In this document: piece after piece, positions 14,056-28,539 of the stretch
How positions within the stretch are numbered: the stretch's first letter is position 1
Layout: each line of letters begins with the position of its first letter
Assembly (NCBI RefSeq): GCF_009914755.1
Contig: NC_060927.1
Length of the DNA: 64,000 nucleotides
Source of the DNA: the human T2T-CHM13v2.0 reference genome, Homo sapiens
Strand: one strand, 5' to 3'
The notes under the pieces: generated by a model
The model's input: the letters and a program-made list of their open reading frames with translations, nothing else
Databases searched by the model: none
Told to the model about the DNA's origin: nothing
Made by a program: the position numbers and the translations under genes

Positions 14056-17000
14056 TTAAATAATGGATGAATATGTATGCCTTCTCTCCCGAAATGAGCT
14101 CCTTGAAGGTAGGGATGGAGACATTAATTTTTCAGCTGTAGAATCCAACAAATAGTTAATAAGCCCCTACACTGGTCCAGGCCAACACGGTGCTTAGGTA
14201 CCAGGAATGTAAAATAGGATCCCCAACCCTCAAGAAGATTTGACCAATTATTACGAACAGAGTTTAAAAATAATTACACTATCATGGAACAATTAATGCT
14301 TGAAATGACATATAAAAAGTCAAGATTCTAAACTTCATACACTTTATTATGACAACTATGTAATACACATACATAAACTATGCATAAAAACAGTCAGCAA
14401 AATGAAAACAGCACTGTATTTGGGGAGTGGGGCTATAAGTGATTTTTTTCTATTACTGTGTAATTTTCAAAATTTACTTAAGGGGCATGGATGTTACTTT
14501 TAGAATTGAAAAAGTAAATATTGTAAAAATTCCTCATAGAGGATAATATAGTAATGGATGTGAAGGCATAGACATGACAGTGACAATGGTGATTATTTCT
14601 GCCTGAAGGGGAGGTTGAGAAAAGTTTCTCCGAGTAGATCAGGGATGTAACAAATGACGTGGTGTAACACAAAAGGAAGAATAAGAAATGTGGCAGAACT
14701 GGAGCATGCATGCCTCACCTTAAAGCATTCAAATCCAATTTTTTTTTTCCAAAATGCCATGCTAGACAAAACCTATTTGGGACCTACTCTGCAGAAGGCT
14801 TTGAAGGATGAATAAGAGTTCAGCACATATGTAAAGGAAAAGGAGAGGGCAATCCATGTAAAGGCAAGGAAGGATCATGATGGGCAAAAGCGTGACAGTA
14901 TGCAACAGCCTGGTGTGTTGAGGAAATTTCTAGAAATATTTCTGGAACATGACATGAGAAACCAAGAGGAGCCCAGAAATGAAGCTTGACTAGACATGAC
15001 AAGGACCGGATCACATATGGCCTTGGATCCATGCCCGCAAAGGCTCTCAGTTCACCCTGCAGGCCAGCATATCCGACTCTCCCACCACAGTCATAACCTC
15101 AAGAGCAGAGGAGAGTGGGAGTCTGAGGGAAAACTGCAAGATTTCTTCGAATGCTCATCTTTTACCTTCAACTTCAGCACAAATTTTGTATCTTATACCA
15201 TAGTGCTACCTAGGATCCAAACTTTAAAAAGATGTCAAAGTTAAATGCTGCCCTTATCCTATGCATTCCAGGGAAATTCACACCCCCAAGAAGAGGAAGC
15301 ATATTTGTAGCTCTGCTTATTTCCTTCAAATAGATTCCTGGAAGTAGAATTAATGAATGAAGGGATATTAACTTTTCAAAGGCTTGGCAGAGGCTGCCAA
15401 GTTGTTTACCAAAAAGGGTGCGTAGTCCTTTTTAACTAGACGACCACATTTAGATTTTATGAAGATCAATATTTGGCTAGATCTAGGGGCCACGACTCTT
15501 ACAGTTCTGTCTTACCCTAGTATAGACACTTTCCTCTTTTTCAGAAAGTCATTTGACCGTGTACTTATGGCTAAAGTAAATCCTGCTTCTCATTCTTGCA
15601 TTTATAACCTTTACTGAGCCAGTCTCACATTCATCATGGTGGTGGGCATGCGATGTATTCATCAGGGTTCATCCCCGGCTGCCAGCTCTCCTCCACTCTA
15701 CACTCCCCTTGGTGACTTCCTCTACTCACATGGGTTTAGCTACAAATCAGATGTTCATTATTCCTAAGTGTGAACCCCTAGCCCTGGCTTTCCTTGCAAG
15801 TTCAGACCTACACAGAAGACGATCACAGCTGACGGGTCCACTGTTGATCTGGTCTCACCAGCTGGAATCACAGTATCTTCTTCCCTGTTTCTAATCCTGT
15901 GTGTCTGTTCACCACACCCTACCACATTTATCCCCCAGTGTTTCTGGAATTACTTCCTCCTTCTCCATAAAGTGACCATCCAAGCTCACTTTATTTCAAG
16001 CCCTCATCATCTGTTGCTGGACATCACCATGACCTCAGGCGATGCCAGGGTCTTCATGAGCATGGAACCAAATCAACATGGAAGAACAGGTCATGAGGAG
16101 CCAGGTCACCTCAGCCATGGAGCTCCCCACAGACTCCCACGCATGCCCACAACATCTCTAACAACAGCGATTACAGGAAACAGCAACTATTAACATTGCA
16201 CAGCTCTTCTACAAAGAACTTTCACATGCATTCCCTTAGGCCTCAAAATCATACCTTACAGAAGAGAAAACTGCTTAAGACATTCTGTGACTGGTCAAAC
16301 CTCACAGAACTACCCAAAGCCATGCCTGGCTTTCGCTCTGAGTATCCTAAGCCCAACCTGATGCCTCTTCAACGATACCACTCTTTCCACTTCAGATAAT
16401 CTGACCTGTGCCAAGATGCCCAGGTGGATGCCTGTTTAAACTGATATACACCCTCACCCACCTTATTCTCATTTCTGCTGCCTGTAAGAACCCACCTGCC
16501 CCAAATACTTAAAGAGTAACAATTTCTGGTTGAGGCACTGAAAATTAAACATGGCTGTTTTGACTAATCCACAACTTCACTCAGTTGCTCTATAATAAGT
16601 AAGGACATGCTCCACTGTAACTATAATCAGGAATCATGATGTGAAAAATATTTCTTTTTAAAAAAATGTAGTTATATAAAAAGTCACAAGTCATTGTAAA
16701 AAAAATCTTTGGTTATATATTTGAGGAATTATTTTTATTAAAAATAATATGACATTAGATTTCTAGGATGGATTGTCTGTTTCTATGTCCAAAATGAATA
16801 CCATGTTGCTAATGATAAGTGCGATATATACTCTATGTGCATGCGAATATACGTATTTGTGATTTAGAGTATGTGTATCAATCGGGGTGAGAAATCAGAA
16901 AGAAGTGAGACACAGGTTGGATTTCATAAAAATGAAGGCTATATGGAACATAGGAAAAGGAAGAGAAAAGCCTCCTGCTCACAGGTCAATAGGGATTGGA

Positions 17001-17082
17001 GTGTCCACAGCCTGTAGTAGATAGCAGGGGTAAAGAGTCAGAGACACTTCCAAGACTGTTTTGTCTGACTCTAAGGAGGATG

Positions 17083-17480
17083 GTGTCACAGTTAATTTTA
17101 TGTCCACTTGACTGAACTATGGTGACCAATTGTTTGGTAAAACTCTAGTCTAGATGTTGCTGTAAAGGTATTTTTTAAATGTGTGATTAACATTTACTAT
17201 CAGTTGACTTTCGGTAAAGTGGATTCCTCCATTATTAGGTGGGTCTCATCTAATCAGGTGAAGGCTTTAAGAGCCAAGACTGAGATTTCCCAAAGGAAAA
17301 AGAATTCTGCCTCTGGACTGCAACACAGAAATTCTCCCTGGGTTTTCTCCCCTTCAAACTCAAAGACTGCAACACCAGTCCTTACCTGAATGTCCAGTCT
17401 GCTGGACTGCCCTGCAGATGTCAGACTTGTTGGCCCCCACTATCACATGAGCCAGTTCCTTAAAATAATCAATTTTCTCT
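17083..17480. mobile_element. ERVL LTR (MLT2-type)
   Basis: gttaattttatgtccacttgact...tctagatgttgctgtaaaggta...gagccagttccttaaaataa matches the MLT2 pattern. Confidence 0.75.
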
Positions 17481-17885
17481 CTTCCCACCAGGAGGTAGGG
17501 GAAAATAAGATAGCACAGGGCAAGTTGATGGAGGTCTCTAAATCTAAACCTGACTAGGCATGAAATAAAAGTTCGGTACAGGCTCCCAAATGACAGTGAG
17601 CCCCAAACAGAAACAAGACAACTAGGACTTCATCTGGTATCGATTCCAGGTCCTACGTGAGAGGCTGAAGTGTGGCAGGGAGGCTTTCAGCCATCACTGT
17701 TGCCCAGGTAAAGGAAATTTCCCCCATTGTGCTTTGAGGAGAGCTGCTACACACCAGGTAAGGGAGGTTGTATCTATAACTGATGGATTTATTTTCTACA
17801 AGTTACATAATAAACTTAATGAAATGCCTGTAACTAATGAGCTAATTAATGCTGGGAATCAGAAACCTACTGCTAAAAAATAGAG

Positions 17886-18098
17886 AGCTGTGCTGTCCAA
17901 TAGGTAGCCACTAGCCACATGTGGCTATTTAAATTTAAATTAATTCAAATAAAATAAAATTTAAATATTCCTCTCCTTAGTCACATGAGTCACATTTCAA
18001 GCACCCACCAGCCACTTGTGGCTAGTGATGACCCCATGGACAGTGCAGGTGTAGAACATATCCATCATCATAGAACGTTCTATTGGGTAGCTCTGCTA
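17886..18098. mobile_element. MER3-like hAT-Charlie MITE
   Basis: ctgtgctgtccaataggtagccactagccacatgtggcta...ttctattgggtagctctg with inverted ends. Confidence 0.75.
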
Positions 18099-19494
18099 TA
18101 GAGCATAATAAATCACATAAAATACTGAATAATAGAGTTTTTGACAGTGATTTCTGAGGCATATAATATGGGGTAAATCCAAGACTCACATCCACATACT
18201 TATATACCCTAGATCAGACCACTGCCCACTCTGGCCCTCCCTCATAACTCACACGCCCCCGATCCGTGACAACATAGCACAGCACACGCAGGGAGCCCAC
18301 AGCAGAGGCATGCCCTAGGTGTCAAGAACAGGTACAAAAATGCCATTCTGGGTTGCAGTTACACATGAGTCTTTACAGTGAATATTTTATCAGACACACA
18401 CAACCCTTCCCATCTTGTCACCTACACTCTTGTACAGCTTTCTGAAAAGGGAGGCTCAAAAATAACACGGGTTTGAGCTCACATCTGAAGCCGCCTTTAG
18501 TTTTGACATGTTAACACTTAGCTGCAGAAATTGGAAGCTTTGCCAGGCGCTGCTGGATGTTTAGCTCCGTTTTAGGGCCACAAGGAAAGATCATGTAAAC
18601 TTTCTGCTGTTGTGGTTTTCTCATTTAGCGACTGAGAGGTCTTAGAATCTGCCCTTGGACAAAGAGTTTGAAGGCTTAAAGCTTTGGACCTGGCTCTGTT
18701 ACTCAGTAGTTATATTATTGGTCAAATCAGTTGATTTATTTTAGCCTCAGTTTCTTAATCTATAAAATGAAGATACTAATATTCATTTATTCATTCCATA
18801 ACTACTTACTGAATACCAATTGGAATCACCAAGCAACCCCCAGCCATTCCATTGCACAGAGTAGTTTGTCATAGTAGATGCATGCCCTGACCAGGAGGGC
18901 ACAGTCAAAGAGTCAACACGCTGGAGTAGTCAGGAGTCACCTCTGGCAGATTTTCCTTGGCCCAGAACATCCCAATCTTCCTCAGTGTATGCCCATCAGC
19001 AGAATTCAACATATGTGTGGTTGTCTGCATTCAGAACAGGATTCTGGAGCAAAGACGACCTTGGCCCATGAGAACTGCCATCATCCAAGTAGGACCATTG
19101 AGGAAAAGAACTGGCAGGAGAATCTGCTGCCCCCTCCAAGGCTGCAAGACCCCCAGGCTTCCATTAAATGCTGCTGCACACCCACAAGGAAATTGATAAA
19201 TCAAACTTCAAAATGTTATGTTAGCAAAGCATTTAAAGAGACTTTCGTCATAGTCCTGTGGGAGTCAAAGAATGCATGCCAGCCTTCCCAGTCTGTTAGT
19301 TCTGTGGCTGTCAAAATCCATTATTGGTAGCCATGGATTTAACCTTACCCACAGGTAAAATCTGTGCATACAGAAATGATTTGGGAGGATTCCTATGAGA
19401 AGCAGGGCTAGCAAAAGTGAAGAGGCAAGAAAGCCTCAGAAGTCATGCAGGGAAGAGCAAATGTTCAGTGTGCTTGAGCTGAAATTCTGTAATC

Positions 19495-19735
19495 ACAATT
19501 TACTGAGAGCTTACTGTATGCCCAACACTGTTTTAAAGGCTGTACGTGGATTAACTCATTTAATCCTTATAATAATAACAATAGGTATTATTTTTCATCC
19601 CTATCTTACAGATTAGAGAACTGAGGCACAGAGATATTGGGCAACTTCCCCAAGGTCAGACAACTAGTAAAGGGCAAGTAGGATTCAAACCTAGGCAGCT
19701 GGCTCCAGAGCCCACGTTGCTACCTGTTACGCTGC
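19495..19735 (-). mobile_element. MIR SINE
   Basis: tttactgagagcttactgtatg...cagattagagaactgaggcacagag...ggattcaaacctaggcag core. Similar MIR relics lie near 8540, 9400, 12560, 13400, 18700, 36420 and 46960. Confidence 0.8.
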
Positions 19736-20749
19736 TCAGCGCTGTATTTGCAATGTTCCTACACTCTAAGCTGTACTGGGAAATACCAGGGCTAGATTGC
19801 AGAGTCTTGCATCTTTAGAGTCTGGACTTTTTATTCTGAAGGCAATGAGATGCCATCATGACTTCTGAGCAAAGTGACATGATCAGGCCTGTCCTAAGGA
19901 AAAGAAATCTGCCCACAGGATGTGGTATGGATCGAGGTGGGGGTTGGTAACAGAGCGAGGAGACAGGAGGCAAGGGACATGGCTGGGGCCCGGAAGTAAC
20001 TGCAGAGCTCATGGGAAAGGTCATAAGAGCCTACACTTGCTATGGGAAAGGATGTGAGAAGTCCACGGGAGACAAAAAGTAGAGGCAGCAGTCTGTGACA
20101 CACCATGGGATGCTGATTTGTCAAACAACTGAAGCAAAAAGTAAAATAATAATTACGCTTAGATGACAGGCATGAACTGGGATTGTCTGAACAAGCTGGG
20201 ACATATGGTCACCTGGTTCAGTGTGACCAGCAGTGAAGACCCAGAAAGCTGCTTTAAGAGGCACACAGATGAGTGTTCCTTCTCTTCCTTCCCTGTCCAT
20301 CACATGACCCACTGCTTCCATCACTCTCCTCCTATTATATCCTTGGCTTTCTCTGTCTGACACATCCCACAAATGTCGCATCCATCCAGTCCACCCAGGG
20401 CCACAAGGAGGAGGGCTCAAGGTCTCCCGCCAAGGCTGAGGCCACACGGCCACCCTGCAGTGGCTCCCTTCCTCCCTGATCAGCTGTCTTGTGCTTCCCC
20501 AGGGCTTTCTCCCCTCTGCTGGGTCCCACCCTCTCCCCACTTTCCCACCACCTCCAGAGATGACTTAAAGACAAAATCGAGGTCAGAAGCTGAGAAGCCC
20601 ATCCCCATGTCCTCTTCTGGCCCTCCACTCTTTGTCCCCAGCATCGGTGTGACCCGGTTAAGGCAAAACCCAGGCCATAGAGCTCATGTTTTCTGGCACC
20701 CTGGAAGACCCAGCTCTACTTAGGACCACTTCTCTCTTCTATATCCTCA

Positions 20750-20752
<3 letters not shown>

Positions 20753-20801
<49 letters not shown>
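20753..20801. repeat. (TC)n microsatellite, ~24 units
   Basis: Seen directly. Confidence 0.95.
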
Positions 20802-20804
<3 letters not shown>

Positions 20805-22890
20805 GGCTCCTTCCACTCAGCATACAACTAAATTCAAGTTATCTTTTTTTAAAAGAAGAAAAAGAGGAAAGAATCCAACCAACAATAGAAGTAAGCAAGC
20901 CTCGTCCACCCACCCGCCTCACCGACTCCACCTCCACTCACTCTCTAGCTTCTGTACTGCCTCCTCACCGGCAGCTCCCCACAGCCCTCCTGTCACCTCC
21001 ATGACGCCAAATCCCACAGGCTTTTTAGCCCTCACCACCCCATCCTCTCTGGTAGCTCATGCATTCCCCTCCTCCTGGAGATGCTCTTCCTTGGCCTCAC
21101 CACCACCTTTCTGCTGGTTTTCTTCCTGCATGCTGGCCTGTATACAGCCCTCACAGCAGCCAGGCTGGTATCTGAAAGATGTGAGCCAGTTAAGGCTGCT
21201 CGTTTTAACTCTCCAACGATGTCCCATTTAGAATAAGATTCCCAACCCTTGCCCTGCCCCTGAAATGGGTCTTGCCCACCTCTCAGGCCACATCCCAAAC
21301 TCCTGACACCTTCACAAGTCTTTGTCATTGTTTCCCCCCTACCCCAAGATTTGTTCCCATCAGGGGGCCTCAGCACTTTGCAGATCCCTCTGTTTGGCAT
21401 GCTGTTCCCCCCTCCATCTCCCTACAACTGGTTTTCCTAGCTGGATGAGAGCTCTATGAGGACAGGCAGTTTGTCTCTTTTGCCTCCTGCTTTGTCCTCA
21501 GCATCTGGAACTGTTCCTGGTACACAGTAAGTATTCCTTGGGCATTTATTAAAGGAATGAATAGGCATGAGATTAAATTTGCAGTATCTGAGGTTACCCC
21601 CAAGTGGAAACATCTATGAGTCTACAATTTCAGGAAATATCCATCTGGGACCAATAATGTTTTAAAAATATATTCATTTGAGATTCAGAAAACTTGCACA
21701 TCATTTGCTACTCCTATCATCTTAACAGTGAAGAAAACTGAGGCCTAGAGACATTAAGGGGGTTGCAGGTCCAGAGACATGTCTCAAGAAAGCATTGCTG
21801 TTAAAATGTGCAGTTCGTGGGTTTTCAGTCCATCTCTTAAGAAACCAAGTCAATCTTCCCCTCAGGAAAAAGAAAAGAAGTAGCAATAAGCAATTTGTTA
21901 ATATCACTACTTCTTATCAAGGTAAAAAATGCCTCATAATCAGGCATACCCATGGGCCTTGTTTCACAAAGGCACTAAGATGAGGCAATGTAGGTCCCAA
22001 AAAACAAAAAGACAGTTTTTTGGAGTTGCTGAGGTTGACAACCCTAGTTTTATACTTTGGTAATACCAGTGACCTTGGAATTACAAGCTTGGGGTTAAGA
22101 ACTCAAGGGTTCATTAAGACTCCCTGGAACATTCTGGAAAACCAGCTTTAGAGTCTTCATTGAACTCAAATCTCAGCACCACAGTTAAATGAGTGAGTCA
22201 AAAGAACATAAGTTTAAAGAATTTAACCAGGAGCAGATGTTTCTCTTCACACCACACTGCTTTAACATCCAGTATTCGTGACCTTTTCTTCCCCCCACCA
22301 TCCTCTGATTTACATAGGCTTCCAAAGCATTAATGAAACACACTTTAACAAAATGTTGAGATGGTGCCATTGGGCATTGCTATCCTAGTTTTAACCCTTG
22401 GTTAAAAAATACTTTGTGATTCCCACGACTCCAGACCAACAAAAATATAACAGGGTCCTAATGACATTTGAAACTCCCACGGTAAACAAGGCAGTTAAAC
22501 TAAGTACTTGGGGATGGTTTTCATTACAGTGTGCTAAAAAAATGAATGTTTTATTGTTCTTTTGTAAATACCCTGGAGAACACTGGGATGGTTTTTCTGG
22601 AAGATGGAAATGATTTAAGAGAGTTTCAGAGCACATGAAGATATGTGATCCCTTTGAGTAACAAATAGGAGATGGGTTTTTTTTCGGGGGGAGGGAAGGA
22701 ACAGCTTTGCATTAACAACTACTGAGAATTATACATTTAAAGATTATCTTCAATGTCCAATAACCCTTATATTCAATACTGAATTTATTTCCACTTCTCG
22801 CCTTCATTTTTATTTGTTACGTATTCTCAAAGTTCTCTCCTAGTAGAAGAATGAACCAGAAATGAACATAAGCATGTTGGAATTCATGTA

Positions 22891-23398
22891 TGTGGCAGAC
22901 TGTATTTTCCAAAGATGGCCACAACAATATTTCTCATTCCACATGGTCTGCTGGAACCTTGTCACTCCTCCATCAAGAGCTGGAACCCATGTCCCCTGTA
23001 CTTCAACCACTATGGGTCCTTATGACGGCCTCAACCAATGAGTAGGTGAAAAGGACCCTTATGTGACCTCCAAGGTATAATCATCAGAATTCCATGAACT
23101 TCTACCTTCTTCTCTTGGGATGCTTGCTCTTAGAACCTAGCTGCCATGTTTTGAGGAAGCCTTAAGCAGTCTGTCGAGAGGCCTACAGCCAACACCAACT
23201 TGCCAGCCATATGAGTGTGCCATCTTGAAAGTAGATCCCCCAGCTACCACCAAACAGCCCAGTTGATACCATGTGAAATGGAGATTAGCTGCCTCTGCCA
23301 AGTACTGCCCAAGTTGCAGATTTGTGAGCAAAATAAATGACTGCTATTGTTTAAAGCCAATATGTTTTGGGGTGGTTTGTTACACAGCAATAGACATC
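22891..23398. mobile_element. MaLR LTR (MLT1G/H-like)
   Basis: tgtggcagactgtattttccaaagatggcc ... ttttggggtggtttgttacacagcaataga termini. Confidence 0.8.
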
Positions 23399-25042
23399 TT
23401 TTAAAATACAGTGATCGTCACTAATCCATACCCACAGGAAATACCAGACTGCAATGATTTTGTAAAGTGTAAAATCTAAATCCTTTATAAAAGATGCAGT
23501 TAGCAGCACACTCAAATATACAGAAATGTAAACGAGGATAACACAAAAGCTCTGAAGGAGTGAGCCTTCAGAGATCTGCTTTAATAAAGAGGTAAGAGCA
23601 ATTTGTAACTAGCCTCTCAGTTTGTGATGGTGCATCCAAACTGCTGGAAAAAGCAGGTAGCCTTGAGGTAAATAAACACTGCCCCTGCAGCTTAGCTTAC
23701 ATTATTAATTGGTTTAGCAAACCTGTATGCAAACTTAGGCTTAGTTCTTGTTTATCACAAGTTACAAATGTACAGAGCATGAATTAATGATGATGCTTTA
23801 CTATTCAAAAGCAATAAAGAATGATGCCCACATTCCCAGGCACCATCAGAGTCAGAAAGGGTCACAGAGACTCCTGTGCTTGAAACTTAAAAAATATATC
23901 CATCTGTGTTATTCTTAAGGCATCATAACGAGAAGCTGTCATTGCCCTCTGGGGAGTGTCTTAGAAGTTAGTCAGAGTAGACACTGCATCTCATTCAAAC
24001 TGGGAAGTCATTGGAAACAAAATTTCTACACCAACTGAACGATGAATAGTTCATCAAAAAACTAACTTTATTTCCACCAGGAATATATTTAAACATTTTC
24101 TTTTAAAGTTTTTCCATCTCTTCAGGTGTTTTCCATCTGATTTCTACTCCCTGTACCCTCCATGACAACCTTTTTCTCTCTGAAGAATCTTTCTTTCTAA
24201 CAGCTCCTTTGACTGCTTTTGCTTTTGCCCAATAACATCCCTACCACCCCATCAATACCACCACTATCACCTTTACCAAGACCATCACTAGTACCCCAAT
24301 GAATAACACCTCCATCACCCTCATCCCTAACATCTACACTACGAATCTCCCCCCAGCTACCTTTTCAAAACTAGGAATGCTGCTATCAGGCTAACAGAAT
24401 GAAGATGTAGATTGGGAAGTAATTAATTAGATGGGAAACCTCAGTTTAATTCTATTTTCTCATTATTTCATATGCTAAATTTATAATAATGAATTATTAA
24501 AATACTTGACTCTTTTGTCCAACTTACATATCCTGGGTTACATGTATAGAATACAGTACCACCCCTATAATGGTAATATGCCCTTTTTCTCATTCTTTTA
24601 AACACATAAGAAGTCAAAAGTGATCCCACAAATGAATCATTTAAAGTTTAGATTTTTCTCACAACAGATTTTTTCCACTGGAGTGTCAGAAGGCAATGTT
24701 TATTTTTAACCTTAAAAGGAAAACAAACTTTGTAAAAATAATAGCCCTTATATTGAGCTCCAATTACAGTTGTTAGTTAAGTGGGAGGACAAAAATAGTT
24801 ACCAATCAATCAGCAAACACTGCCATAGTGGATGAAGAGCAGAGGGAATACTAAGACATACCCAGAAAAATTCACAAAATGAGGGTATATGGCACCGAAA
24901 CGCAGCACACCACTATCATAAACCTGAACTAATCAAATAAGGCTCTTTGATAATGAAGGGGAAGTCATTTAAAAGCTGGATTGACCATAGACTCACAGAA
25001 TATCAGAGCTATAGGCAATCCTAGAGATTATCATTCTAGTGC

Positions 25043-25074
<32 letters not shown>

Positions 25075-26823
25075 ACGGGGAAGAAAGCTAAGAATTTCAG
25101 AAAGTGAAACATCCCACCTAAATGGCTGCCTAAGTTATTAGGTAGTAGGTTTCTTTAACTGGAATCAGGAGAGAATTCTGGAACTGGGTTTAAAGTTCCA
25201 GATTTCTTGAGGAGGCAAGTCAGTTTCAATAATTGAGTATCTCATCTCCAAGTGCTTTCTCCCTCCCTGCAGTGTCCTCTAGCCATCTTCAGCCCTGCTG
25301 ACTCCAATCCTAATGGGACCTGGCTCTTTGAGTGGGAATTCTCCCAAAGGCAGAAAAGGGGAAAACCTTATGTGGGTTGTAATTCTGTCACACTGATTCT
25401 CAAAACCCTCAGAAAAGATTTTACATAATCACAAGCAATTAAAATGAAACCTTCCAGTGTCAGGGGAAGATACAGCAGGCAGCCTAACTGCCTGCCAGGA
25501 TACACTCCATTTCTCAGACAAGACACCCCACCCTCACATGCCATGAGGTTAGTTCAAATTCCCACACTCATTATCTGTGCTGGATCCCAGACAGGAGGTG
25601 TCACCGAGGTGGGATGTTCAGCACTTCTGAACACACAGATGGGAAAGTTCAACCTGTGCTGTAAACCAGTCAGCTGCCCCATGTGTTCACTGACGGTGCA
25701 TAATTGACACTCAAAACATGTTCCAGCTCATAAAAAGTTTACATATATAAATATATATTACATCTATATAAAAGTATATATTACATATATAAGTATATAT
25801 TACTTATACATACATAAAAGTTATATGTGTATATATGTACACACACACACACATATATATATATATCATAAATAAAAGTCTGGAAATTTTCCTGGTGATA
25901 ACAGCAAATTCCATATTTGTAAATGAGTCTGCTGGGACGTATGAAGCATTAACAGGTGATATCCAACCCTCACAAGTCACTTCCAGGGAGGGTTTTTCAA
26001 CAAGTCCCAACCATGCCAGATACTGAAAAAAGCTACTTGGAGTTGCAAAAAAAGAAAATGTGTGAGTCTCCTAACCCTCTGTACTTTATCTTCATTGCAT
26101 CACTGTTCACAGCATCTGTTCCCATACAATTCTGAGGCCCTGCAAGCCTTGGAAACACACAGGCTCTTGCTCTTTCATTCTATAAACATTCACTGAGCAC
26201 ATGCTAAATGACCTATTCTGAGCTCAGCATCAAACAAACAAACAAACAAAAAATGACAAGAAACAATACACACAATAAGTAAAAACAGTAACGTGTCTTA
26301 AGAGGTGGCAAGAACTTTAGGTAAAAGGAAAATAGAGGAGACAAAGGGAGTCCAAAATACTAGGGTAGGGAGTGGCAGGAGGCAAGCTGCTCTCTTAAAG
26401 ATGGGTGGGAAGGTAGGTGCACTGAGGTAACCTGGAACGAAGATTTGAAGGAGGTGAAGGAATCAGCCAAGCAGATATCTAGGGATAGATGCACCATAGA
26501 CATTATGTTCACTGCCAAGAGTGGGACCAATATTCACTAACTACAGCATAAAACTCCAATGCACATAAGACAGAAAGTGAAATACACCACTTATAAACAC
26601 TCATACACTATACAGCCTGGATATAACCTAGTGATCTCCTGGATTTTACCCCCTAAAATGTTATTTCTCAAAAATGAGGGAATTGCTCTGACATTTACAT
26701 ACGTTCAAGATCTCTCACAATATAAGGACTCTCTCAGTTACTTTATTTTGAACAGCAAGATGCTTCTTGGGGAAAACATATTCAAAGCTACTTTGGGACA
26801 TTTATTGAAATAAGCTGATGGAC

Positions 26824-27130
<307 letters not shown>

Positions 27131-27256
27131 AGACTTTTTTTTAAGGAGGAAAATAAATCTAAGAAAAATTTAAAATAATTCCTACAACATGGAAAACAAT
27201 TTGGGGTGCTATAGTAGGCAATCTTCTTAAAGATGGCTTTTAAAAAAGCAATGCAG

Positions 27257-27573
27257 GGCTGGGCATCATGGCTTATACCTGTAATCCCAGTACTTTGGGA
27301 GGCCGGGATGGGAGGATCACTTGAGGCCAGAAAAGGCATTTGAGACCAGCCTGGGTAACATAGCATGACCCCATCTCTATAAAAAAAATCTTAAAAAAAT
27401 TAGCTGGGTGTGGTGGTGCACACCCGTAATCCTAGCTGCTTGGGAGGCTGAGCAGGGAGGATGGCTTGAGCTCAGGGTTTGAAGCTGTAGTGAGCTATGA
27501 CTGCACCACTGCACTCTAGCTTGGGCAACACAGTGAGACCCTGTCCCTTAAAAACAAACAAACAAAAAACAAA
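27257..27573 (+). mobile_element. AluJ-type SINE
   Basis: gggaggatcacttgaggccag and gtgagctatga are J-type; TSD aaagcaatgcagg. Confidence 0.9.
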
Positions 27574-27589
27574 GCAATGCAGGAATTCT

Positions 27590-27900
27590 ACACACAAATG
27601 AACACCAATGAACCACTGTGACATAAATGAATCTCACAGACACAGTGCTGAGCAAAAGACACCATTTATACAAACAGGCGAAGCCACCCTTTGGTGTTAG
27701 AAGTTAGAGAGGCTTCCCTTGGAAGGGGAGTGGGGAGTTGTGGGCGTGGCTACAGGAAGGGTTCAGGCTGTTGCTCCTGCTCTATTAATATTTCTTGAGT
27801 GTTGGTTACTCAGGTGTGTTCATTTTGTGCTAACTCATTGAGCTGTACACTTATGATTTATGCACTCTCCTGTATTGATGTTATTTTCAATAAAAAGAGG
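27590..27900 (+). mobile_element. Old L1M 3' UTR fragment
   Basis: atgaatctcacagacacagtgctgagcaaaag ... tcattgagctgtacacttatgatttatgcac...tcaataaaaa. Confidence 0.6.
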
Positions 27901-28539
27901 TGTTTTCTATTTTTTTTTAAGAGCAATGTGAAGTGTTTCCATTATGGAGATTTCTTATTGACATATGAGCTGGACAAGAAAAATCAACTCTCCTAATGTT
28001 ATGTGACTGAGCACTTATGACTCAGGACAGAATTTCCAGAGATAGCATCATTTATGAATTTTAAAAGTGCTGAATCCCAAACAATTTGGAAGAAAGTAAA
28101 TAGGATGAGCTTGAAACTGTGTTAGATAGCCCTGAAAATCATGCTGGTGATGATAAAGGCAACCAAGTGCAATAATACATGAAAAAAAAGTACAGAAATA
28201 AAATTGTTCCATGAGATTTAAACACAGGGGAAAAGCACCATTTCCAAGTTTATACAATTTATATAATTTAAAATATGCATGTGCAATTAAATTATTATAA
28301 GCAGAAATTATTTCAAATATATTCCTCAAATGTTATATGCCAAAGTTGGCCCCAAACTTTTTAAATGTTTTTCATGGGAAAAATAGGAGCTTGTCTTTTA
28401 GATCTTGGCATATATGCCTTATATTGCTCTGTGCTCTGCCTCCCCTTATGACTGAGAAGACTCAATCACAAATGCTTTGTATCAACTTAGAAATTATGAA
28501 AAACTGAAAATTGTTTAAATAAATGAATTCTACTAAAAT

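Noticed and set aside
20686-21231. 181-aa ORF
   Set aside because: It runs through the (TC)n tract and pyrimidine-rich L2-like sequence that is depleted of stop codons.
24236-24360. C/A-skewed ACC-like tract
   Set aside because: Degenerate low-complexity repeat with no ORF or clear periodicity.
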